Positions 18,841 to 27,100 of a DNA stretch of 32,000 nucleotides are shown in pieces. Numbering within the stretch: position 1 is the first letter of the stretch; each line of letters starts with the position of its first letter. Under the pieces are notes generated by a model. It saw nothing but the letters and a program-made list of their open reading frames with translations. It searched no databases and had not been told where the DNA came from. The DNA is from Acaryochloris marina MBIC11017 (GTDB lineage Bacteria > Cyanobacteriota > Cyanobacteriia > Thermosynechococcales > Thermosynechococcaceae): assembly GCF_000018105.1 (NCBI RefSeq), contig NC_009925.1, positions 210,001 through 242,000 of the forward strand. The letters run 5' to 3'. The translations under genes and the position numbers were made by a program.

Positions 18841-19413
18841 CTAACGGGGTAAAATGTTTTGGGGCGATCCAAAATTTTACCCTTGCTACGGTTGTCAACT
18901 GCGGAGTGCTTCAATGCTATCGGTTTGGCTGGTCGTTGGGGCCTGTGATTTGCTAGTGCTAATGTACTATCTTGACCTGGACTTCACTGTTGCGGAGCAA
19001 CTCTTGAGCGAAGCGATCTGCGTGTGGGGGATGGGTATCGGTCAAGGGACGTGGAATAAGCGGACCGGAGGGAGCATTATGCCGCGAAAGGGCTGGACTG
19101 GCAGGGTCCTAGAGCTACCCTGGAAAGCGTTAAACAAAGAAGAAAACCCCGGTATAGACAGGAGGGTAAGGCACCCCATAAATTTTCTTTTTTGTTTAAC
19201 TGCCCAAGCGGCGAGCTTTTCGCAGCGGAGCAAAGCGGAGCGAGAATCTTGCTTTCTACTCAGCGATAGCTACCCAAAAGCCTTACTCACCAAGCCTTAC
19301 AGCCAATCTCGACGACTCCGGTCTCATCATCGAACAGGAATATTTGGTCATCCAGCGTCCCACCGTTGATATAGTCAGGGCAGTAACCTGAGCAACGTTA
19401 GCCAGTAGATCAA

Positions 19414-20028
19414 GTGCCTGACATCCACCCCAGAAGCAAAGCCCGCCGCTCTCAGAATCAGATTCCTGGGTTTCCAGAGAAAAAACGAGAGTTGTTCATG
19501 CAAAAAATTAGCCTGGGCTTAGGAGTGGGTGACGCTTGCCTTTTGGTTGATTTAGACCCGTGGAAAGTCCAATCTCTATTGGACGAGGGTCAAGCTGTTT
19601 TTGAGTCCAGAGGATTAGAAACTACAGGCGTTATTTCTATCACGAAATCGGAGATAAAAACCCCAACAGAGGGTCTATACCTGGACTACCAAAAGGCCCG
19701 AATCGCCCTCAAGGAAAAGGCCCTGACTTCTATCGTCAAGTCTAAAAACATATTCCAATGTCATAAAGGAAAATTGATGTTGGAGCTATTTTTCGGTGGT
19801 GAATTTAACAGTTCTAGTATCAAAGAATCCGAGATTCAAACAACTATTAGTGTCGTTATGGCCTATGTCATGGAGCAGCTAGGACCCAGCCACAAAAAAG
19901 CATTGAAAGCCGTTCTAACCTCCAACAAGGACATTTTAGATATCCCCAAGTCAGAGTACAGAGCAATCAAGCGTATTGCAAAAAAGATACGCTCAGATAA
20001 GCAAATGACCATAGATTTCGCTGCATAA
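19414..20028 (+). CDS. Hypothetical protein with an N-terminal HTH-like segment. The probable start is the ATG at 19498 (176 aa).
   Basis: It is the only plus-strand ORF in the element. The ATG at 19498 is preceded by GAGAG. The N-terminus ISLGLGVGDACLLVDLDPWKVQSLL is HTH-like. Resemblance to small-terminase-type proteins is only weak and motif-level. Confidence 0.5.
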   Translation: MPDIHPRSKARRSQNQIPGFPEKKRELFMQKISLGLGVGDACLLVDLDPWKVQSLLDEGQAVFESRGLETTGVISITKSEIKTPTEGLYLDYQKARIALKEKALTSIVKSKNIFQCHKGKLMLELFFGGEFNSSSIKESEIQTTISVVMAYVMEQLGPSHKKALKAVLTSNKDILDIPKSEYRAIKRIAKKIRSDKQMTIDFAA

Positions 20029-20132
20029 CTTCAAATTACTCGCCATAGCTTCAAATAGCTTAACGTGCCTTACGTTTACTTTTGTTAACGAACTATTGGG
20101 CTAGGTGGGTGAGGGTAAGCTGGGATTGCTGT

Positions 20133-21101
20133 CTAATAATACCTGCGATATCTTTGTTGAATTTTGGATACTTGCTTGTTGAAGGTTTTCAAGGCACTCT
20201 CAAACTCGTGGGGGCCATGGATTGCAGTTGACAGGTGACCTGAGACAAACTCAGGTGCTAGCTCTGGGATATAACTTTCCAAACTAGGGAACCTATTGCC
20301 CAGACCTTTTCTGATCCGCCGTCGTATTGCAATTTCAAGGCCATCAGGAGGACCTAGCGGGATCTTTAGCTCACTAAAAATCGGGGATTCGTGCTGTGTG
20401 CGTCGTTGGTAAAAATTTACACAAGCTTTTTGCTGTTGTTCAATCCAACACTGGTCTATGGCTTGAACCCAGGCATAGGCAAATTGGAGGTAAGGATCAT
20501 CAGAAGCCTGGATGCTTTCGGCATTGGTAGGGGTTCCTGAGATTATCCGCTCTCTGTAGGCGTCCAACCCTTCATTGATTGCTTCGATTATCGTGTAGGG
20601 TTCAAATCCTGCTCGTCTTGCACTATCTACGATCGCAGCCCCCTGATTCGTCCGGTCAGTGAAGCAATGCAATCTTGCCGTATCGATAAAGTTAAGGGCT
20701 TTGGCTTCTAATACTGCAATAGTGGCAGGGCCAGTCAGAGGTTCAAAGCGGTATCTGCAGGCTTTTATTTCGCGATAGATCTGAACCGAAACACCAGCTT
20801 GTTTTGCTAGTGCCGCAGTGTCAGGGATTGGGGGGAGTGGATCGGGTTCTGAGACAAAGATCATCTCTGGATAATCCATGCGCAAGCTAGCCATAGTCCG
20901 CTGTCGTTCTACAGGATCGCTCCTGAGCTGGGCTTCCATTTCTTGCATTTCCCACTTATCGGCCAACCGGAGATCTGTAGCACTAGCACAGCCATAGTAA
21001 GACAGCGGTAGCCCTGGCAGGTGCCCGGTCGCCTGGTATATCGCCAAAAGTCGCTCAGGTGCAGAGAGATGGTTAATTTTTTTGGGGCTTTGCTCAAACA
21101 T
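20133..21101 (-). CDS. Hypothetical protein, 322 aa
   Basis: Long ATG-initiated ORF, last in the minus-strand gene train. No motif recognised. Confidence 0.6.
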   Translation of the reverse strand: MFEQSPKKINHLSAPERLLAIYQATGHLPGLPLSYYGCASATDLRLADKWEMQEMEAQLRSDPVERQRTMASLRMDYPEMIFVSEPDPLPPIPDTAALAKQAGVSVQIYREIKACRYRFEPLTGPATIAVLEAKALNFIDTARLHCFTDRTNQGAAIVDSARRAGFEPYTIIEAINEGLDAYRERIISGTPTNAESIQASDDPYLQFAYAWVQAIDQCWIEQQQKACVNFYQRRTQHESPIFSELKIPLGPPDGLEIAIRRRIRKGLGNRFPSLESYIPELAPEFVSGHLSTAIHGPHEFESALKTFNKQVSKIQQRYRRYY

Positions 21102-21147
21102 TTGCTTGGGGTCCTTACTGGGATTTTTGGAGTGGGGATGGCAATGC

Positions 21148-21179
21148 TATTTTCTCTGGTCAGAGGATTTTACTTGGCT
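21148..21179. repeat. Copy A of a 32-nt direct repeat with a dyad-symmetric core
   Basis: TATTTTCTCTGGTCAGAGGATTTTACTTGGCT matches 21440-21471 at 30 of 32 positions. Confidence 0.85.
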
Positions 21180-21427
21180 TGGGTTCTTTTGGCCCTGGAT
21201 CGAGTCCCTTTGGGAAGTTGCCGAGTCCAGGTTAGAAGGTTTAAGGGACTGCAAGCTCTGTGATTGTCCGAGAAAACATGCAGGACTCTGGCATAGTCCG
21301 ATCGCTCTCGGTCAATCGAAAGTCTTCCGCCACAAACAGCGCAGTAGGCCCCTTGGTCATCCTCTAGGACTTTGGGCTGATACCGGGCTGACTGAGACTT
21401 GGAAGCTTTGGCTTGGGGGTTTGACAT
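21170..21427 (-). CDS. Small basic protein with a possible zinc-ribbon (CAVCGG...H..C), 85 aa
   Basis: ATG-initiated ORF in operon spacing with its neighbours. It has Cys/His pairs and basic termini. Confidence 0.45.
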   Translation of the reverse strand: MSNPQAKASKSQSARYQPKVLEDDQGAYCAVCGGRLSIDRERSDYARVLHVFSDNHRACSPLNLLTWTRQLPKGTRSRAKRTQAK

Positions 21428-21439
21428 GGCTAACTGAGT

Positions 21440-21471
21440 TATTTTCTCTGGTCAGAGGATTTCACTAGGCT
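21440..21471. repeat. Copy B of the 32-nt direct repeat
   Basis: TATTTTCTCTGGTCAGAGGATTTCACTAGGCT. It lies 13-44 nt upstream of the ATG at 21427 on the minus strand. Confidence 0.85.
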
Positions 21472-21845
21472 GCTTTGGCTAAGTGCCGGGACTTGCTTGC
21501 AACAGTTGAATCGGACCAGTCAGGTAAACGCCATTCTGGTACGTCTAGACCATCAGGGAAAGCAGCACAAGGGCCAATACCACGAGGTTGAGGGTTGCAA
21601 GTGTCGGGGTTAATTGCGTTGAACTTAAGCCCGTTACATTGATAAGAATGCAAGGTTTGCCATTGAAAAATCTTTTCGAGTAGAACAGGGATTTTCTGTA
21701 GCTGCGACTGAAAATAATTAGGCTGATTTTTTTTGAGCCAATACTCAAATTGCCCGCAAAAATCAAAATACAAAATAGTAATCAATCTGCTTTTGAATCT
21801 TGGGAATGCAATCGATTTGATTTTGAGTATCCAAAATTGTGCCAA
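21465..21845 (-). CDS. Hypothetical Cys-rich ORF. It is probably the C-terminal part of a frameshifted gene continuing from 21763-22158.
   Basis: It overlaps the upstream ORF by 83 nt in a different frame. The sensible-looking sequence starts only around ILYFDFCGQFEYW, at the T-rich overlap. Confidence 0.4.
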   Translation of the reverse strand: MAQFWILKIKSIAFPRFKSRLITILYFDFCGQFEYWLKKNQPNYFQSQLQKIPVLLEKIFQWQTLHSYQCNGLKFNAINPDTCNPQPRGIGPCAAFPDGLDVPEWRLPDWSDSTVASKSRHLAKAA

Positions 21846-22158
21846 GAACTACAAAATCATTTTCGTCTAAAAAGTGGTTCTGACCAAAGTAATCAAATTT
21901 TGGATTTCTGAGTTGGCATAAACGCCATTGTTCAAAAATCTTGTACTGACCGCTTTTGTCAGACCTTGCTATCGGGGAAAGGAAGAAATGACTATTAGAA
22001 AATCGCCCTGCATTTGGAACACTAAAGAAAATAGGTAAAGCCCCAAAGGTATAACTGCCCTGCTTTGAGCCGTTTTTTATTGTTATGGGTTGCGGCGTCA
22101 AACGCGAGGATAATTTTATTTTAGGTGAGTCAAATCCTGGAGCGAGTAGGGGGTACAT
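21763..22158 (-). CDS. Hypothetical ORF, 131 aa. It is probably the N-terminal part of the same split gene.
   Basis: ATG-initiated ORF that terminates in a T-rich run (minus strand tattttgtattttgattttt). Confidence 0.45.
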   Translation of the reverse strand: MYPLLAPGFDSPKIKLSSRLTPQPITIKNGSKQGSYTFGALPIFFSVPNAGRFSNSHFFLSPIARSDKSGQYKIFEQWRLCQLRNPKFDYFGQNHFLDENDFVVLGTILDTQNQIDCIPKIQKQIDYYFVF

Positions 22159-22199
22159 TGCTTGAAGAAAAGTGCAATTACCCCCTAGTTTAGCTATGT

Positions 22200-22883
22200 T
22201 TAATTAAGGCCGCAAAGTTTTTTGTAGGGAACGCCCAATTGAATAGACAACCCTTGGAGGTGTAGCTCAAGAAAACCTAGCGATAAGTTGAACGTCTCCA
22301 TAAAAATGGAAAAGTCCTCCCCTAAATACTCTTGTAAAAGGTCTTCTAGTTGATCCCGGCGTGCCTTTAAGCGGCAACCTAAAAGAACAATGTGGTTAGC
22401 TATCTGGTCTTCTGCGGAAAAGCTTGACTGGCTTTTCATGTCTGCTAGTATCTCGTCGTGGCACTCTACGCACTCGCGGCAATCGAGAAAAAAATTTGTC
22501 CAATCCTTGGTTAGGTGTTTCTTTTCCGTAGGGTCCATTGTGGTTTCACCTCCCCCCGCTTCTCTTGCTTGATCAGCGGCATACTCCCATTCTGCGGGAA
22601 GGATTTTACAAGTAAAGGGCGTTTCAACTAGTACAGCTAAATCTGTGGCTGAGGGAGGCATACCTTGTTTAATGTTCTTTAGTCTATCTAGCACTTGATC
22701 GCTCAGCGTGGAATCATCACGAGGTCCCATAGATGCATAGTGCCGTGTGTTTTTTGAGTGCTTTGCGGCTTTAAGCCCCTGACGGCGTTCTGCGAGTCTT
22801 TTCTTAGCGACAGATTTTGTTTTAGTTCTTCGTGCAGTTCGCTTTTGTCTTTTTGCTGCCTTGATCTTGGCATTCTTGCCCAT
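22200..22883 (-). CDS. Hypothetical protein with an extremely basic N-terminal arm, 227 aa
   Basis: MGKNAKIKAAKRQKRTARRTKTKSVAKKRLAERRQGLKAAKHSK followed by an acidic, Cys-containing body (CRECVECH). Confidence 0.6.
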   Translation of the reverse strand: MGKNAKIKAAKRQKRTARRTKTKSVAKKRLAERRQGLKAAKHSKNTRHYASMGPRDDSTLSDQVLDRLKNIKQGMPPSATDLAVLVETPFTCKILPAEWEYAADQAREAGGGETTMDPTEKKHLTKDWTNFFLDCRECVECHDEILADMKSQSSFSAEDQIANHIVLLGCRLKARRDQLEDLLQEYLGEDFSIFMETFNLSLGFLELHLQGLSIQLGVPYKKLCGLN

Positions 22884-22901
22884 GTCTTTAATGCTCCTCA
22901 G

Positions 22902-23924
22902 TTAATTGCTCAATCCAACATGCGTAGGCGCAATAAATACCCAACGAGTGAGGGTATTGCCTTTCCCGTAGTGCTGCCTTCTCCAATGCCCACGACGCCA
23001 ATGAGGAGACTTACTTCTATCGCTGCCATCCGTGCTGTGACTGGAAGCAGATCGATACCCTTCTCCGATCATCAAAGGATGATAAGTTGTATGTCGCTTT
23101 CCTCTGCGGGCTATCCCAGTAGTAGAAGAACTTTTCCGTTTCCCGGTCCTATATTCTGGCGCGTTCTGTTCAGCCCAAAGAATCGTAGAAAGCAGAACAG
23201 ACAGGGCCGTCTCTACCTCGCCTAGGTCGTTTGACTGGGATCCAGGGTTGAGATCAATCCCTTTGTCAACGCGCAAGAACCCGGATTCTTCCCTGAAGGT
23301 TACCAGTCCTCCAACTACGGATTTCCCCGTCTCTATCCCACCCCAAACCAAAGACCACGAATCTTGATCCTTCCGATCTCGGCTAAAAGCATATTCTGCT
23401 CTCCCTTCAGAAGACGTGCTTACTATTGAGGGGAGTTCCTTTGTGCCTGGCTCTACCAAAGAATAGACAAGACACACCATCTCTCCTGTTTTGCTAACGA
23501 TACTGCTCCGAGGCAAGACAACTAGACCATATTTAGGCAATGTGAATCTGTTCGGGATTTCGGTTGGCAAATCCGTTTTCAAAAAATCAGAGAGCAGATC
23601 CTCGTCCAAAAAATAGTAAGGAAAATGGGGGCTGGCTGTTAGTGCAGCGGTAGCATGGTAAACATTGGCACGCACAGGGTCTCTAGCTACTGATTCCGCG
23701 TTTGAACCAGCGGACACCGACACCAAGGCATCAGCAACCATGCGGTTGGAGTAATGACTGCTCAGTCTAGGTGAGAATTTTCGTTCGTAGCTTTCCCGAA
23801 GGTCCTCACGAGATGGTGTCAACACCCCCGCACCTCTCATCATTTTTCTAAAAGTCTTAGGGTGCATCCCCGCTTTTTTCATCGATTTTTCCATGTCTTT
23901 GTAAATCTTCTGGGCATCTATCAT
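22902..23924 (-). CDS. Hypothetical protein with a basic His/Arg/Trp-rich C-terminal motif, 340 aa
   Basis: GGAG lies about 9 nt upstream of the ATG. The C-terminus reads KSPHWRRGHWRRQHYGKGNTLTRWVFIAPTHVG. Confidence 0.65.
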   Translation of the reverse strand: MIDAQKIYKDMEKSMKKAGMHPKTFRKMMRGAGVLTPSREDLRESYERKFSPRLSSHYSNRMVADALVSVSAGSNAESVARDPVRANVYHATAALTASPHFPYYFLDEDLLSDFLKTDLPTEIPNRFTLPKYGLVVLPRSSIVSKTGEMVCLVYSLVEPGTKELPSIVSTSSEGRAEYAFSRDRKDQDSWSLVWGGIETGKSVVGGLVTFREESGFLRVDKGIDLNPGSQSNDLGEVETALSVLLSTILWAEQNAPEYRTGKRKSSSTTGIARRGKRHTTYHPLMIGEGYRSASSHSTDGSDRSKSPHWRRGHWRRQHYGKGNTLTRWVFIAPTHVGLSN

Positions 23925-24119
23925 TTAAGTTCTCCGTTAATCATTGGTTAATTAGGAATACGGTTTTAGATTAGGAGGATTCTCCAGAGCAGCCAAAACA
24001 GCCGTTACAGACCAACTCACCCCGGCCAACACTCCGCCTGCGCACCAGAGACCAACCCCGCTTATCGGGGGAGGTATTTCTTTATTTCTGTTGCCTCTTT
24101 GCTTGACCTTTGAGCTTGA

Positions 24120-27100
24120 TTACTCAATCAATTTGTCGAGTTCCGCTATCTGATCTTCAATCGATCGTCTAAATTCGAGAAACCATTTGGGATAAGATCC
24201 ACTGTTTCTATCTAAAGAGTCATTAGAGTTATAAAACAGTGGATCTGCAAGGCTTCGGGCGTCTACACAGTCTTTAGCGCAAGCGTCATCAATCTGCTTT
24301 TTGACGTATAGCACGGTGCCCCGAAGCAGTTGCTTGCGGATTTCATGAACGTCTTTGTTCACGATCGCAGCATATCTGCGCTGAGATCCCCCGTTACCCG
24401 TTCGAGCGACACAGGGCATCGGATCATAGCTCAGGCGCTTTACAAGCCGATTTATGACGGCTATAGGGCTGTCGTTGGCTGTTTGGAGCTGGAAAAGGTC
24501 CCATAACTCTTGCTGATGTTCAACGAGATAAGCCCAAAACTGGGACTCCCTAACCTCAGCTTCACTGATATTGTTGCCCCGGCCATGAGTGCGGTAAAAA
24601 TCGGCTACCCCCGAATCATTAATAAAAATCTGTTCTCTCAGGGTTCCCCGTAGGACTCCATGCAAATGATCACCGTTGGCGGCATCTCGCTTAAATTTTT
24701 GACATTGATCTTTCGTAAAAAGATCGGAGTTCAGCAAATATCGGGCTAGCCGTGTGGCACATGATCTCAACTGTCCGTTCTTGTGGACGAGGGTGTAATA
24801 GATAAAGTCAGGATCGGACCATTGAGACTCTGGGTACTCCAATCTCAATAAGGCCAAGTCAGCCGCTCTCTGCTCTGCAACCGTGGAAGTAGGTGAATTT
24901 TTTATTCTCCGGGCTTCTGCCTCGCTTTGAATAAAATGACTTTCTTCTACGACTTGCAGATACTGATGAGTTCTCAGATTCTCAAGGATGCAGGCAACAT
25001 CACCTTGACGTGATCTGATTTCGTCCGGTTCTCTGCCACCATCAAAAACAACTCTTCCTTGGCTGTTGTACTCTTTTAGATTTTCACGCTCAATAAAAGT
25101 GATGCCGTTCTCTGTGTAATCGGCATAATGATCAAGAAAGCACTCAGCAAAATGGTAAGTTTCGTATTTTAATTGGGCCATCCGTTGAGCATTTACTAGG
25201 GATAGAAATTGCCCCGTATTCTTTGAACTGGATAGGGCGTCAACAAAAGATGTACCTTCCTTGATCTCCCAGCCCTGCAGGTTCTTAGCAGACTGACTCC
25301 CTGTAACTTCCACATGTCGGGCAATTTGTTCCTGCTCAATAGCGCAGAACACAAAGAACTCGTAAACTCGATCTTCGCATTCGACAACGTTATCCAAAAC
25401 GTCGAGATAATCCTCTGCAAACTTAGAACCGAACAACCACTCTAAGAAAACATCGTTGAAGAACTCCCCAAAAAAGGCTCTATCTTTGTGGAACCTTTCA
25501 AGCCAATTGTCGGCTAGTACAAGCGTACCACCCCCAGCACAAGCAAAAGCGCAGGCTCTACCCTGAGCAAATAGCTCAAGTGCGCGGTAGGTAAAGCCTT
25601 CCATACGTCCGTGGATTGCTTCAAAGCACGCGATCGCATCGTTAAGATTGAAACGATTACCTGTTTTCCCCAGTAACTTCAACTCAGCTCGATTCTTTCG
25701 GGACTGATTAGCATGATTGTCTTTCCACTCTTGGGTGATATCCAAAGCAACCCGATTATTTAAAACTCTTGGTGCATAAACAATAGTCTCTGGTCTCGAT
25801 CTGTTCCGGGACAACGCCTGAGAGATATCCTCTAGGCTTCCCCAGGACGCCAATACCAGCGTTGCACTAATATCAAGTGCATCACCATAGAACGACAATC
25901 CTGTACCAATCAGCGGCGATCTCATAAGGTGCTGACCGTCTTTGGTCCCTTCGGCAATCACATTCTGCAATTCCTTCGTTTTCTTGCCAGATCTCATACA
26001 GTCACGGGTTGCGGCAAACAGGGGGAAAACCAGCTCCTTAGAATCTAGAAATGCCTCATGCATTAATCGGATCAAAGCCTTGGCTGACTCCCAGCTTAGC
26101 CCCATCCCTAACAGCTCTTGCCACGGTGCCCCATAGCGTTGCTGAGTGACAAATAGCTCCTTAGTCCATCCCTTATCTTGAGTCTCTAACCACTGCTCGA
26201 CCTTCAGCTTTTGGTGATTCTTTTCGCCACCGATCCAGCCGTCATACTTTCCAACTGGCGAAAAGTCCCAATAAACCAGGTGCTGTGTAACCTCATTCCC
26301 TGCCGTATCTTTTTTGCTGGTAGACTTCACCAAGACATGCTGATCCGTAACCTCATCCACCCAAAATGGCTGCTGTAGTGCTTCAAGGAAACGCCATAGC
26401 TTCAGTGCCTCCGGGCTGAAGTCTATGGCCTTAATTTCAAAAAGAGGGGCCTTAGCGTACTTATCCCAATCTTCAGCCCCCAACTCTTTAAGCGCTTGCT
26501 TAGCCTTGGCATCCCTAAAAATATGCTTGAGATATCGTTGAGGTCGAGTAAACTCCTGAAACTTAAGGATGTCATTTGCACTTTGGCAGTGAATATCCAG
26601 CCGACGAACGCTTTTAGGCTGAGTGAACTGTAGTCTGCTATCCTTGCCAAACCCAAAAGCTTCATGGTCGCCCGTCAAATGAGCGCTGACTGCTCCTAGA
26701 TAACTTTCCTGAGTCAACGTCAACCCGTCTTTGAATTGCTCCTTATATTGATTGACAAAGACGTTGGCCTCGACATCCATCCACCACTCGAAGAACCTAA
26801 CCGCGATTTCACTCAGATTTTGCTGGGCAATGATCACGGGCCAATCATTCTCCTTGGCATGATCAAGAATCCTCTTGAGCTGATTGAGATTGGCCTGTCG
26901 TTGGGTGGCGTGGGTGCTGCCTAAAAGATCCAGGATTACCCGATCGGTCTCATCAATAAAGACCACAACCTTATCCGTAGCAAATTTCTCAAAACGACCA
27001 AAGTTAAAAAAGCCTTGCAAACATGCCGAGATGTCACCTAATCCTAGACCCTCATATTCCGCCGCTTGTTCGTCGTTCCTATCTGTTGCCAATGCAGCCC

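Noticed and set aside
18854-19369. 171-aa plus-strand ORF (and the 63-aa minus ORF 19042-19233) in the element boundary region
   Set aside because: The translation is Cys/Trp/Arg-rich with no domain-like pattern, no ribosome-binding site and no operon context. It is more likely an open frame by chance in structured, relatively GC-rich non-coding DNA.
18758-19413. Tested by eye as RNase P RNA, tmRNA or a TPP riboswitch, because of GGGGTGCC (minus strand), AAACCCCGG and GGTAAGG strings
   Set aside because: The diagnostic elements are absent: no GGAAAGTCCGG P4 motif, no tRNA-like GGTTCGA..TCC...CCA 3' end or plausible tag ORF, and no CTGAGA/ACCTGA thi-box. I cannot assign any known RNA family without a covariance-model search.
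21021-21468. Plus-strand ORFs 21021-21263 and 21082-21468, which share the peptide FSLVRGF
   Set aside because: The shared peptide is simply the translation of the 32-nt DNA repeat. The ORFs are antisense to the operon and Trp/Leu/Gly-rich.
22758-23225. 155-aa plus-strand ORF spanning the junction of two minus-strand genes, and the similar 31319-31843 ORF
   Set aside because: They are antisense to well-supported ORFs, and their translations are Ser/Cys/Arg-rich and implausible.
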